Source: Gemmatimonadales bacterium (lineage in GTDB: Bacteria > Gemmatimonadota > Gemmatimonadetes > Gemmatimonadales > GWC2-71-9). Taken from it: DNA of 64,000 nucleotides. Made by a program: the position numbers and the translations under genes. The notes under the pieces were generated by a model. That model had not been told where the DNA came from. It saw only the letters and a program-made list of their open reading frames with translations, and made no database searches. The stretch spans positions 1,760,001 to 1,824,000 of the forward strand of contig OZ252244.1 in assembly GCA_965249575.1 (NCBI GenBank), in the 5' to 3' direction. Below, piece by piece: positions 28,997-38,586 of the stretch; the stretch's first letter is position 1, and every line of letters begins with the position of its first letter.

Positions 28997-29940
28997 TTAC
29001 TCGGTTGTGCGGAGCGGGGCGGGGCCTCCTCACTGTAAGGCACCTCGATCGTCATCCCGTCCCGTGCGACGACGGTCTCCGGGAAGATCTCCTTTGCTTC
29101 CTCTAGCAACGTCGCCGAGTTCGCGGAGTACCGGGCGCTCAGGTGCGTGAGCGCGAGTTGCTTGACGCCGGCGGCGAGCGCGACCTGCGCGGCCTCCCCC
29201 GCCGTGGAATGCCCGGTCTCCTTGGCGCGCTCCTTTTCCTCGCTGCCGAACGTGGCTTCGTGCACCAACAGGTCGGCGCCTGAGGCAGCTTCCACGACAC
29301 TCTCACTCGGCCTGGTGTCACCCGACAACACCACCACGCGCCCCGGCCGCGGCGCACCGACCAGCTCCGCGGGCTCTACGGTGCGGCCGGCGTCCAGCGT
29401 CACCGCTTCGCCCTTGTGGATCTTGCCCCAGAGCGGGCCCTCGGGAATGCCCAGCGCGCGCGCCTTGTCAGGATCGAAACGGCCGAGCCGCTCGTGCTCC
29501 CGCAACACGTACCCCACCGCACTCCGCCCGTGCTCGACCGGCACCACCTCGAGATCGTACTCCCCGCGATCGAGCACCTGCCCCGGCTTCAGCTCCGTCA
29601 GCTCGACCTCGAACCCCGCGCGCTCGACACCCAGCTCTAACGCGTCCTTCAGGATGTCCCTAGCATCCTTCGGCCCGTAGAAACGCATGGGATCGGTCCG
29701 CCCCTGCAACGCCAACGTGCGCACGAGGCCCACGACGCCCAACAGGTGATCCGCGTGAAAGTGCGTGAAGAAGATCTCCGACAACCCGAAGCCCACGCCG
29801 TACCGCATCATCTGCCGCTGCGTGCCCTCACCACAGTCGAACATCAACGTCTCGCCCTCCCGCGCGATGGTGATGCACGAGACGCTGCGCTCCACCGTCG
29901 GGCGGGCGGCGGAAGTACCGAGGAAGGTCAGCGAAAGCAT
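28990..29940 (-). CDS. rnz: Ribonuclease Z
   Basis: FLGTSAARP, FDCGEGTQRQ, THFHADH, GP exosite, SGDTRP, HEATF, HST, THLSARY. Confidence 0.95.
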   Translation of the reverse strand: MLSLTFLGTSAARPTVERSVSCITIAREGETLMFDCGEGTQRQMMRYGVGFGLSEIFFTHFHADHLLGVVGLVRTLALQGRTDPMRFYGPKDARDILKDALELGVERAGFEVELTELKPGQVLDRGEYDLEVVPVEHGRSAVGYVLREHERLGRFDPDKARALGIPEGPLWGKIHKGEAVTLDAGRTVEPAELVGAPRPGRVVVLSGDTRPSESVVEAASGADLLVHEATFGSEEKERAKETGHSTAGEAAQVALAAGVKQLALTHLSARYSANSATLLEEAKEIFPETVVARDGMTIEVPYSEEAPPRSAQPSKE

Positions 29941-29986
29941 GAAGCAAAGTAAGGAGTCCCAACCGCGCCACCACCCCACCCAGCGA

Positions 29987-30570
29987 GGAGTCCCACCACT
30001 CCCTCCCCCACCGAGTAAGGAGTGAGGAGTCTTGGCTATTCCTCGGGTGTATGCCGAGGTCTCCGGATAAGGCCGAGCAAAAGTCTTCGCGTTTCGATAG
30101 CGGTGGAGAGTACTGGCTCCGTGACTTCGCCGGGCATGAGATTCGCCTTCCTAGCAAGCTCTAGGAGCTCTACCGTCTCGACCACCGAGCCGTAGGCGAT
30201 GGTCAGGTGGTTCCGAAAGCGACGCGTGCCCTTCAGCGCATGGCCCTCCGCAATGTTCAACTGCACGGAAAGGGAGGCGCGCTGAAGCTGGTGGAACACG
30301 GCGGCCCCATGCGGCTTCCAGTGCCGTCGGCTCGCATCGATGATCGCCAGCACCACCGCGTGCGACCGACGCCAGGCGAGAAGGCTCTTTTGGTCCCGCA
30401 TGAAGAGCAGGATGAGAAGACGAAGTCAGATAAGTGGCATCGAAAGCGATGGGTGTAGCGACAAAGTGATGCGGAACTCAGGAATGTGGGTCCCCGCCCC
30501 CCATCTATCGGCGGGTGGGGTAGGGCCTCCTCACTCCTTACTCGGTGGAGTGGGGAGTGGTGGGGACCCC
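29987..30570. mobile_element. Candidate element: four-helix-bundle gene between inverted repeats
   Basis: 30008-30029 ccaccgagtaaggagtgaggag is the exact reverse complement of 30527-30548; similarity extends outward imperfectly by about 20 bp. Confidence 0.5.
30036..30401 (-). CDS. Four helix bundle protein (23S rRNA IVP/Avd-like)
   Basis: L.AW.RS, QLQRASLSVQLNIAEG, F..HL.IA.GS..E. Confidence 0.92.
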   Translation of the reverse strand: MRDQKSLLAWRRSHAVVLAIIDASRRHWKPHGAAVFHQLQRASLSVQLNIAEGHALKGTRRFRNHLTIAYGSVVETVELLELARKANLMPGEVTEPVLSTAIETRRLLLGLIRRPRHTPEE

Positions 30571-30577
30571 CCGGCTG

Positions 30578-31468
30578 TCAGAAAACCTTTACGTTGAAGT
30601 ACCTCCCAGGCCTCTCGCGCATATCGTCCAGCAGATCCTTCAAGGATTGCGACAACTCATGCAAGTCGCCGTACACCGTGGTGTCATTGACCAGGCGGCC
30701 CAGGGTGCCCTCGTTGCTGTCGATCTTGGCCATGATGTTGCCGAGTGCTGCGGTGGCGTGGGCGAGACCGACGGTCATCTCGTTGACGTTGGTGGTGAGC
30801 TCGTCGAGCTGGTTGACCGATTTGCCGATCGCCGGGTTGGCGAGCACGCTGTCGAGCCGGTTCGATGCGCGCTCCAAGGACTGGAGCGCGCTTCTCGCCT
30901 GGCGCACCGTCGGCCCTTCGCCCACGTCACGGAGCGTGGTGAGCGCCTCTTGAGCGGCGGCGAGGGTTGCGTGCACCTCGTCGGCCATCCTCGGGCCGAG
31001 CAGCGACTGCAAGCCCTCGAGAACCTCGCCGGCGCGGGCGGTGAGGTCGGTCGCGCCTTCGGTGAGCGCGACCTCGCGGGACCCGGTGATCACGGCGTTG
31101 TCGTCGAGGAGGTCTGGCGAGTTGCCAGGTGCGTAATCGACGAACTTGGCGCCGAAGAGGTCGAGCGAGGCGACGCCGGCCCGCGCGTCCGCATGGGGCC
31201 TCACGGAGCGTTCGACTGTGAGATACACCATCACGCGGCCCACGTCCTCGAGCACGACGTTCCCCACTCGGCCCACCCTGACGCCCGAGATCTGCACCGG
31301 GTCGCCCGCACGCAATCCCTTGACCGTCGAGAACCGCACCGGAACCTCGACCAGGTTCCGGCGGTCGAACTGCCGCCCCGAGAGCCAAAAGAGCCCAAAG
31401 GCGAACAGCGCGATGCCGACGATGACAAAGATGCCGACGCTTATTTCCTGCTTATAGTGTAGATCCAT
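30578..31468 (-). CDS. mlaD: MCE/MlaD family protein
   Basis: N-terminal TM, GLRAGDPVQISGVRVGRV, GTLGRLVND..Y. Confidence 0.88.
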   Translation of the reverse strand: MDLHYKQEISVGIFVIVGIALFAFGLFWLSGRQFDRRNLVEVPVRFSTVKGLRAGDPVQISGVRVGRVGNVVLEDVGRVMVYLTVERSVRPHADARAGVASLDLFGAKFVDYAPGNSPDLLDDNAVITGSREVALTEGATDLTARAGEVLEGLQSLLGPRMADEVHATLAAAQEALTTLRDVGEGPTVRQARSALQSLERASNRLDSVLANPAIGKSVNQLDELTTNVNEMTVGLAHATAALGNIMAKIDSNEGTLGRLVNDTTVYGDLHELSQSLKDLLDDMRERPGRYFNVKVF

Positions 31469-32231
31469 ATCGGTAATGCTTGAGTTGGGCCAGGGTGATG
31501 TCCATGTCCCGCTCGAGGAACCGCCGTACCGCCCGGTCCTCGCTCGTCACGAGCTGCTCCGCGCTGCCCTCGGCGCGAATCTTTCCCTCCACCAGGAGCG
31601 CGATGCGGTTCGCGATCCGAAACGAGCCCCTGACGTCGTGCGTCACTACTACGCTCGTCACGCCAAGCTCGTCCCTCAACTTCTCGACCAGTGAATCGAT
31701 GATGTCGGCGTTCACTGGGTCGAGACCCGACGTAGGCTCGTCGTACAAAAGGTACGTCGGTTGCCCCGCGATCGCCCGCGCGATCCCGACACGCTTCTTC
31801 ATGCCACCCGACAGCTCGGCGGGCAGCTTGGACGCGGTCTCCATCGGAAGGTTCACCAGCCTCAAACATTCGGCTACGCGCTTCTGGCAATACGCAGCGT
31901 CTCCGGCCATCGCGGGATCGGTGATCCCGAGAATGATGTTGTCGGATACCGAGAGCGAGTCGAACAGTGCGCCGTACTGAAACACGTACCCGATCCGGCT
32001 CCGCAACTTAGCCAACGCTTTCCGCGCGAGGAACGTGACGTTCAACCCGTCGACGAAGACCTCGCCGCTGTCGGGATTGAGCAGGCCGTTGATGTGCTTC
32101 AACAGGACACTCTTGCCGACCCCCGACGCGCCCAGCAGCGCGACGGTCTCCCCCTGCTGGACCGTGAAATCCACCCCGTCGAGGACGATGAGGTCCCCGA
32201 ACCGCTTGTAGACGTCCTTGAGCTCGATCAC
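31452..32231 (-). CDS. mlaF: ABC transporter ATP-binding protein MlaF
   Basis: GASGVGKS, FQYGALFDS, LSGGMKKRVGIARA, YDEPTSGLDP. Confidence 0.92.
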   Translation of the reverse strand: MIELKDVYKRFGDLIVLDGVDFTVQQGETVALLGASGVGKSVLLKHINGLLNPDSGEVFVDGLNVTFLARKALAKLRSRIGYVFQYGALFDSLSVSDNIILGITDPAMAGDAAYCQKRVAECLRLVNLPMETASKLPAELSGGMKKRVGIARAIAGQPTYLLYDEPTSGLDPVNADIIDSLVEKLRDELGVTSVVVTHDVRGSFRIANRIALLVEGKIRAEGSAEQLVTSEDRAVRRFLERDMDITLAQLKHYRYGSTL

Positions 32232-32298
32232 GGGTGCCGAACGCTAGTCAAGCACTGAACTCCTTCACTGAAGCAGAACGTTGGTGAGAGCTGAGCAA

Positions 32299-33138
32299 TC
32301 ACTTGAGCAGAACGTTGGTCAAGAGTGCATCGAGAAAGAGGATCAAGACCGACGCGCTGACGACCGCGCCGGTGGTCGCGCGGCCCACACCCTCTGCCCC
32401 CTGCTGCGTGTTCATCCCCATGTAACAGGGGATGAGCGTGATGGCCAGCCCGAAACAGAGGGACTTGATCATCGAATAGTACATGTCGAACGGCTTGAAG
32501 AAGTATCGCGCGCCGTAGATGAAGTCGGCGTTCGTGATCTCGAACGAGGTGCGCGCCGCCGCCCAACCGGAGATGATGCCGACGAGGTCGGCGATCAACA
32601 CGAGCGCCGGCAACATGAGCGTGCCGGCGATGACCCGCGGAATGATCAGGTGCGTGACCGGCGACCGCCCGAGGCTCTCGAGCGCGTCGATCTGCTCGGT
32701 GACCCGCATCGTCCCCAGCTCGGCGGCGAACCGGGCGCCCACCCGCCCCGCCAGCAGCAGCGCGGTCAGCACCGGACCCAGCTCTAGGACGATCGACTCG
32801 ACGATCACGCTGCCCACGATGTAAATCGGGATGTTGCCCGTAAATTGATAGCTGGTCTGCAGCGCGATCACGGCCCCCGCGAACCCCGCCGTCAACAGCA
32901 CGATGAACAGCGACCCGTAGGCAATGCCCTGCGCCTGCTCGAACGCCCGCGGCACCCAGATCCGCCACTCCGCGAGCCCCCGGATCATCTCGATGATGAG
33001 ATAGGAAATCCGGCCCATGTGGCTCGCCGACGTGAGCGTGATCTTCCCCGCCAACCGGCGGACATCCAGCGTCGTGTCGTGACGCTTGTACGCCGCCGTC
33101 AGGCGCCATTCGTCGGAGGAGCGGGTGGGGTCGGCCAT
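32299..33138 (-). CDS. mlaE: ABC transporter permease MlaE
   Basis: ELGPVLTALLLAGRVGA..AAELGTMRVTEQIDAL, GAEGVGRATT.AVV. Confidence 0.93.
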   Translation of the reverse strand: MADPTRSSDEWRLTAAYKRHDTTLDVRRLAGKITLTSASHMGRISYLIIEMIRGLAEWRIWVPRAFEQAQGIAYGSLFIVLLTAGFAGAVIALQTSYQFTGNIPIYIVGSVIVESIVLELGPVLTALLLAGRVGARFAAELGTMRVTEQIDALESLGRSPVTHLIIPRVIAGTLMLPALVLIADLVGIISGWAAARTSFEITNADFIYGARYFFKPFDMYYSMIKSLCFGLAITLIPCYMGMNTQQGAEGVGRATTGAVVSASVLILFLDALLTNVLLK

Positions 33139-33147
33139 GAAAGAGGT

Positions 33148-33290
33148 GCCAGGTTCCAGGTGTCAGGTGGCAGGTGGCAGGTGGCAGCTAGGTACCGGGT
33201 CTCAGGTGCCAGGAGGCTTCGTCGCTTGCAGGGCGCATGGAAGTTAGCATTGGGTACCCCTGAAACCTGACACCCGGCACCTGCATCTTA
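33148..33290. repeat. Inward-facing heptamer tracts, (NCAGGTG)n then (CACCTGN)n-like
   Basis: ccaggtt ccaggtg tcaggtg gcaggtg gcaggtg at left; cctgaaacctgacacccggcacctgc at right. Confidence 0.75.
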
Positions 33291-33302
33291 CATCTTGCCC
33301 TG

Positions 33303-33983
33303 ATGCCACTCCTCAGTCCACCCCCCAACTCCCTCCCCTTCAAGCGCCGGCTGCTCAACTGGTATCGGAAGTCCGCGAGGAGCCTTCCGTGGCGGGAGAC
33401 GCGGGACCCATACCGTATCGTGGTGTCGGAATTCATGCTGCAGCAGACGCAGGTGTCGCGGGTGGCGGAGTACTACACGCGATTCCTGAAGCGCTATCCC
33501 ACCGTGGCCGACCTGGCCCGCGCCAAGCCCGCGGCGGTGCGGGAGTCGTGGGAGGGACTCGGCTACTACCGCCGAGCGGAGAACTTGCACCGGCTCGCCC
33601 GGACGGTCGTGAACGATTTGAGCGGTGAGATCCCCAGCGATCCGGCCGTGCTCGAGTTGCTGCCCGGTGTCGGCCGGTATACCGCCGGGGCGGTCGCGAG
33701 CTTCGCCTACGAGCGCCCGGTCCCGGCGGTCGACACGAACGTGGCCCGGGTGCTCCGCCGCGCGTTCCGGCCCCGCCTACCCAAGGGAGCCAAGGGAATA
33801 CACGCGCTCTGGGACATCGCGCGCCGCATCGTACCCAAACGTGGCCGCACCGCATGGGCGTTCAATCAGGCGCTGATGGACCTGGGGGCGAGGGTGTGCA
33901 AGCCACGCGGGCCGAAATGCGGGGAGTGCCCGGTGAGGCCCGCATGCAAAACGGGGAGAAAATGGGAAGAGCTCAACCCATAA
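33303..33983 (+). CDS. mutY: A/G-specific adenine glycosylase, short form without C-terminal NUDIX-like domain
   Basis: LPWR, SEFMLQQTQV, WEGLGYY.RA.NL, LPGVGRYTA, VDTNV.RV, C-x6-C-x2-C-x5-C. Confidence 0.92.
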   Translation: MPLLSPPPNSLPFKRRLLNWYRKSARSLPWRETRDPYRIVVSEFMLQQTQVSRVAEYYTRFLKRYPTVADLARAKPAAVRESWEGLGYYRRAENLHRLARTVVNDLSGEIPSDPAVLELLPGVGRYTAGAVASFAYERPVPAVDTNVARVLRRAFRPRLPKGAKGIHALWDIARRIVPKRGRTAWAFNQALMDLGARVCKPRGPKCGECPVRPACKTGRKWEELNP

Positions 33984-34019
33984 CCCCTAACCCCTGGGGA
34001 GAGTGGGGTCGGGGGGACG

Positions 34020-34478
34020 CTACATAACCGTCGCTCCCAACAGCGCAATCAGAAGCAGCACTCCCGCAATCGACGACACGATGGCCTGGCGTTTTCTCAG
34101 GCGCTCGAGGATCTCGGGGTTCTGGCCTTCTTCCAGCAGCGGCGAGAGGCCGGCTTGCTTGACCGCCGTTGGGAGCCCGACGAGCAGTGCGAGCATCGCA
34201 GCGATGATTCCCGAGAGCTGCATGACCGCGATGCCGGACTGGCCGAGTCGCTCGCCCAGACCCATCTGCACCAGCTGACCGCTCAATACCAATCCCGACA
34301 CGACCGTGAGTATCGCGCCAGTGCCGATGACCATACCGTGGATCTTGGCCAGCAGGCGATAGGCAACCGCGCGCGCCGCGGGCGGTTCCGGACGTGCGGA
34401 GAAGGCCAAGACCATCGCCGCCACGGCCCCACCCAGCCAGAGGCTGATTCCGAGAAAGTGTACGAAGCGGATGAGCAT
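34020..34478 (-). CDS. Four-TM membrane protein (DUF2269-like)
   Basis: FVH.LG..LWLGG start, four hydrophobic helices. Confidence 0.65.
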   Translation of the reverse strand: MLIRFVHFLGISLWLGGAVAAMVLAFSARPEPPAARAVAYRLLAKIHGMVIGTGAILTVVSGLVLSGQLVQMGLGERLGQSGIAVMQLSGIIAAMLALLVGLPTAVKQAGLSPLLEEGQNPEILERLRKRQAIVSSIAGVLLLIALLGATVM

Positions 34479-34554
34479 GTTACCTCGATGTCAGTAGGGG
34501 ATCGGGCTCAATAGTAGCGGGCAACCCACCCATCCGTGGGTAGGGGCGGCGTCA

Positions 34555-34618
34555 ACCACTCACCACTCACTACTCACACTCACTGCTCACTACTCACTAC
34601 TCACTACTCACTACTCAC
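34555..34618 (-). repeat. Heptamer tract (GTGAGTR)n, about 9 degenerate copies
   Basis: cactcac/tactcac period; overlaps the DUF2203 stop. Confidence 0.9.
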
Positions 34619-35035
34619 CGCGGAGGTGATCTTCTGCCGTCCCGCATATCCACCCTCGATCTCGTGCCAGTGCTCGACGGCTGGCTCGCCGAGCTTCCAG
34701 CAGAGGAAGATGTCGCGGTCTTCGTGGCGGCTGTAGAAATCGACGAGGCCATCCTCGAAGCCTTTGAGCACGCAGCCGATCTGTGACAGCTCCCCGAGGT
34801 AATCGTTGATGCGGTGAGCGCTCCGGTCCACCTCCGTTCGCAGACGCTCCTGCTGGGGCGTTTCGGTCTTGAGCGAGGTGGAGCCGGCGGCGACCAGCTC
34901 GTACGCGCGCACACAGTCGCGCCACTCCGCGAACTCGTCCACGATGTCGGTAACCACCCGGCGGACGAGGGGAAGCGAGCGGTTTGCCTGCTCGAGCGTG
35001 AAGTACTTGGCTTCCATCTCGGGGTTCATGCTCAT
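34604..35035 (-). CDS. DUF2203 family protein
   Basis: FT.EQAN..LP.V, KG...GLVDF, LCWKLGE....WH....GYAGR. Confidence 0.9.
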   Translation of the reverse strand: MSMNPEMEAKYFTLEQANRSLPLVRRVVTDIVDEFAEWRDCVRAYELVAAGSTSLKTETPQQERLRTEVDRSAHRINDYLGELSQIGCVLKGFEDGLVDFYSRHEDRDIFLCWKLGEPAVEHWHEIEGGYAGRQKITSAVSSE

Positions 35036-35059
35036 GGGTCGTGGAGTGGCCGCGAGCCG

Positions 35060-35896
35060 CTAGCGGCCCTCTTTCCACGCGTTGAGCGCACGGTACGCCG
35101 CACGATACCCTTCCTCCAAATAGACGGTCATGTTGCCGACGGCGAACGTGGCACCGGGCTGGACGGCGGGCTCGACCAGCACGAGAGGAATACCCTTTCC
35201 CCGCCACCGCGCCACCGTTTCGCCGATCTGATTGGCCATCAGAATCCGCGTGGTCATGTTGTGCGCCTGCAGCATTCCGGGCAAGGGCTTGCCGCCGCCC
35301 TCGGGCTCGGCGAGTGTAGGGCCGACGTTCACCGCGAACACGACATCGGGATCGAATCCCGCCGCGATATCGAGCGGCAGCACCGCGCGCAGCCCTCCAT
35401 CCACGTAATCCCGGGCGCCAATCGCCACGGGCGGGTAGAACACCGGCAGCGCGCACGTTGCGACGAGCGCCTCGATGAGCGGGATGTCAGAGCGTCCGCC
35501 GTAGCCGAACAACACCAGCTCGCCGCTCGCCCTGTCCACGGCGGTGACCGTGAGCGGCGTCTCCAGCTCGTCGAACCGTCGCGCGGGCACCAGGGTCGAG
35601 ATCGCGTTTCGGAGTGGCGTGTTCTTGAGCAGCCGGTGGGCGAACGGACCGAGCAGCGCTGCGGGTGACAGCGCCGCTACGTCCCGGCGCTTGACGTTCG
35701 ACAGGCGAACGAGCGCCTCGTCGTAGGTCAACCCGCTCGCGAAGATGGCCCCGATCACCGCGCCCATCGACGTGCCCACGAAGTGACTCGGCGAGAGGTC
35801 CCACTCGCTCAGCGCCTTCAAAGCCCCGACGTGGGCGGCGCTCTTCGCCCCGCCCCCGCTCAGCACGCACACGACCCGGGAGTAGCGCACGCTCAA
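35060..35896 (-). CDS. Patatin-like phospholipase
   Basis: LSGGGAK, GTSMG, YVDGG. Confidence 0.92.
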   Translation of the reverse strand: MSVRYSRVVCVLSGGGAKSAAHVGALKALSEWDLSPSHFVGTSMGAVIGAIFASGLTYDEALVRLSNVKRRDVAALSPAALLGPFAHRLLKNTPLRNAISTLVPARRFDELETPLTVTAVDRASGELVLFGYGGRSDIPLIEALVATCALPVFYPPVAIGARDYVDGGLRAVLPLDIAAGFDPDVVFAVNVGPTLAEPEGGGKPLPGMLQAHNMTTRILMANQIGETVARWRGKGIPLVLVEPAVQPGATFAVGNMTVYLEEGYRAAYRALNAWKEGR

Positions 35897-36372
35897 GTTC
35901 CGGCGGCCCGCTCCTTCAGGTGCCGCTTCCTGCGCTCGGCGCCGGCAGCGTTCCGCCGCCGCTCGACGTCGGTCTCCGGCACCACCGGCGCGACCGGCCG
36001 CGGCCGGCCCTTCTCGTCGATCGCGACGAAGGTGGCGTAACAGCTGTTCGTGTGACGCCGCTCACCGGTGATGAGGTTCTCCGCCTGAATCCTCACCCCG
36101 ATCTCCATCGACGTCCGCCCAGTGAAGTTGACGCTCGCGTGCGCGGTCACCAGCTCGCCCACGTAAATCGGCTCGTGAAAGTCCACGCGGTCGACCGACA
36201 CCGTCACCACGTGCCCGCGCGCGTGCCGGATCGCCGCCACCGCCGCGACCCGGTCGACCAGCGACAGGATTACACCGCCGAACACGTTGCCCAACACGTT
36301 TGCCATATGCGGCATCATCAGCTCCGACATGATGGCGGCGGATTCGCGAACGGGGCGTGGGGTGAGGGACAT
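35893..36372 (-). CDS. Acyl-CoA thioesterase (hotdog fold)
   Basis: AN..GNVFGG, VTVSVD, TGRTSMEIGV, TFVAID..GRP. Confidence 0.92.
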   Translation of the reverse strand: MSLTPRPVRESAAIMSELMMPHMANVLGNVFGGVILSLVDRVAAVAAIRHARGHVVTVSVDRVDFHEPIYVGELVTAHASVNFTGRTSMEIGVRIQAENLITGERRHTNSCYATFVAIDEKGRPRPVAPVVPETDVERRRNAAGAERRKRHLKERAAGT

Positions 36373-36377
36373 GGGAT

Positions 36378-36421
36378 GTGTCAGGTGTCAGGCGTCAGGT
36401 GTCAGGTGTCAGGTGTCAGGG
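36378..36421 (+). repeat. Heptamer tract (GTGTCAG)x6
   Basis: gtgtcag gtgtcag gcgtcag gtgtcag gtgtcag gtgtcag. Confidence 0.9.
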
Positions 36422-36622
36422 TTGCGGCGAAGATAGCGAGTTCAAGTGAGGAGGCCACCCCGTTCCACCCCGCCCCGGAGTAAGGAGTAACGAGGCCGCT
36501 CCACCTAACCCCCGGATCACGGCGAGGCGTACCCTCCTCACTCCTCACTCGGCTGGGCAGGGGGGCGTGCGGGGCCTCCTCACCCCGGGTGCGCAATGGC
36601 GATCCACGGGGTAGGTAAAGCA

Positions 36623-38437
36623 TCAGTAGTCCACCGGGCGGAGGTAGTACTCCCCAATGGCCGTCCTGCTCACCATCGCCACGGTTGGGAGGCGCCGCTT
36701 CCAGTGCGTGGAGGAGAGCCGACCGCGGACGACGTCTACCTCTTCTTCGGTGAATCCGCGCTCGACGATGCGCTCGGTGCGCCAGCCCTCGAGCAGGTCG
36801 TGCAAGATGAAATCGGCCTTGGCGTAGGAGATCCCGAGGTCGCCTTCGTCGGTCTGTCCCTGGACGAGATCGGCGGTGGCGGGCTTCGAGACGATCTCGT
36901 CGGGGACGCCGAGGTACCTAGCCAGCTCCCACACCTGCGTCTTGAAGAGATCGCCGAGTGGATTGACCGGCGGCGAGTCGTCCGCGTGCCAGGTGAAGTA
37001 GCCGAGCAGGCGCTCGGTCTTGTTGCCGGTGCCGAGCGGGAGCGCGCCGAGCCCGGCCGAGAGATCGAACAGGGCGACCATGCGCGTCCGAGCCATGACG
37101 TTCCCTCGACGCCGGGGATCGCCTTTCTCTCCCAATGCCGAAAAGTATCCATCGACCGGTTTGGAGATGTCGACGGTTCTGAGCTCGATGCCGAGCTTTT
37201 GCACCACCAACTCGCCATGCTCTAGGCTCTCGGCGCTCGAGGTCCGATACGGGAGCCTCAAGCCGATCACGTTCTCCCTGCCAAGGGCCCTCGCCGCGAG
37301 GAACGCAGTGACCGAGCTGTCCACTCCGCCAGAGAGGGCGACGATTCCCCGCTCGAATCCCCTGCGGCGCACGACCTCGTCCTTCAGGAACTCGGTCAGC
37401 CACCGCGCGACCAACTCGGGATCGATGGCCAGCGGATCGAGCGGAGTCGTAGTGGTCACCACCGGCAGCGACGCCGCGCCGGCCGGTTTGGTCTTCGTCC
37501 CGGTGCCGCCCGCGTCGCCGAACTCGGGCACCGCGTCACCGGAGCGGGCCTGGCTCAGCAGGTTGGGGAGCTTGGCCTCGAGATCGGCCAGTAGCGGCAA
37601 CGCCGCGCGCGCCCGCGTGAGGTCGTCCATGTCGAGGCTAGCGGTGACCAGCGCCTCGTCGAACGACGGACCGCGCGTCATCACGTGGCCACTCGGCCCG
37701 ATGACGAACGAGCTGCCCTGGAATCCCTTCCCACCCTCGAAGCCGACCAGCTGGGACAACGCCACGTAGAGCCCGTGCTCCTCGGCGATCCGCACCAGCA
37801 ACCGCTCCCACAGGTGGACGCTGCCGGCGCGCGGCTCGTCGTCGCAGTCCTCCTGGTGCGCACCCCTTCTCGCCGCCGGCGCGACCCCGCGCGCCGGCGA
37901 CGCGCTCGGCACGATCAGCACTTGCGCGCCCCGGAGTGCGGCGAGTGTGGGAACGATCGAATGCCAGGCGTCTTCGCAGATGACCATCGCCGCTCGGCCC
38001 CACGCGGTATCGAACGCCTGAACCGCGTGCCCCGCGTCCACGAACCGCTCCTCATCGAAAACGCCGTATGTCGGAAGGAAGATCTTGCGGTGCACGTGCC
38101 GGATGCCCGGCTGTGATCCGCCCAGCGAGGCATAGAGCGCGGCGTTGTAGTAGCGGTTCTTCAGCTCCTCGTAGAAGCCGATGGTCACGTCCATCGGCGG
38201 CGCCTTCTCCGCAGCGTGCTGTGCCTGCAGATCGCGGAACAGCGTTCCGGCCGTCACCGCAACCTCCCGCACCCCGCCCTCCACGAAATACCCGGACATC
38301 GCGGTCTCGGGGAACACCACCAGGTCGGGCGGCTCATCCATGTCCGCCACCTGCGCCAACACGCCTCCCACCCGACGCAGGTTCTCCGCGTAGTCACCCT
38401 TCCGGGGGCGGATCTGGGCCAGGGCCAAGTGGAGCAT
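36623..38437 (-). CDS. nadE: Glutamine-dependent NAD+ synthetase (nitrilase domain fusion)
   Basis: FPE, RK.FLPTYGVFDE.R, ICEDAW; LSGGVDS, GNVMAR.RM, GTGNKTE, PLGDLFKTQV, GQTDEGDLG. Confidence 0.93.
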   Translation of the reverse strand: MLHLALAQIRPRKGDYAENLRRVGGVLAQVADMDEPPDLVVFPETAMSGYFVEGGVREVAVTAGTLFRDLQAQHAAEKAPPMDVTIGFYEELKNRYYNAALYASLGGSQPGIRHVHRKIFLPTYGVFDEERFVDAGHAVQAFDTAWGRAAMVICEDAWHSIVPTLAALRGAQVLIVPSASPARGVAPAARRGAHQEDCDDEPRAGSVHLWERLLVRIAEEHGLYVALSQLVGFEGGKGFQGSSFVIGPSGHVMTRGPSFDEALVTASLDMDDLTRARAALPLLADLEAKLPNLLSQARSGDAVPEFGDAGGTGTKTKPAGAASLPVVTTTTPLDPLAIDPELVARWLTEFLKDEVVRRRGFERGIVALSGGVDSSVTAFLAARALGRENVIGLRLPYRTSSAESLEHGELVVQKLGIELRTVDISKPVDGYFSALGEKGDPRRRGNVMARTRMVALFDLSAGLGALPLGTGNKTERLLGYFTWHADDSPPVNPLGDLFKTQVWELARYLGVPDEIVSKPATADLVQGQTDEGDLGISYAKADFILHDLLEGWRTERIVERGFTEEEVDVVRGRLSSTHWKRRLPTVAMVSRTAIGEYYLRPVDY

Positions 38438-38586
38438 TACGAAAAGATAGCATGCCCACAGTGAGGGGGGGCCGCCCGGCCCCGCCTATCGAGTGAGGAG
38501 CGAGGAGTCCACTCCCCTCACTCCCAACCTGCATCGGGCCTGGTTGGCACTCCTCAATCGGCGGAGTGGGGAGGGGCGGGGCCTCC

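Noticed and set aside
30036..30401. Diversity-generating retroelement (Avd-like gene)
   Set aside because: No reverse transcriptase in the window; the 100-bp repeat pair at 13761/15293 is non-coding and its differences are not adenine-specific
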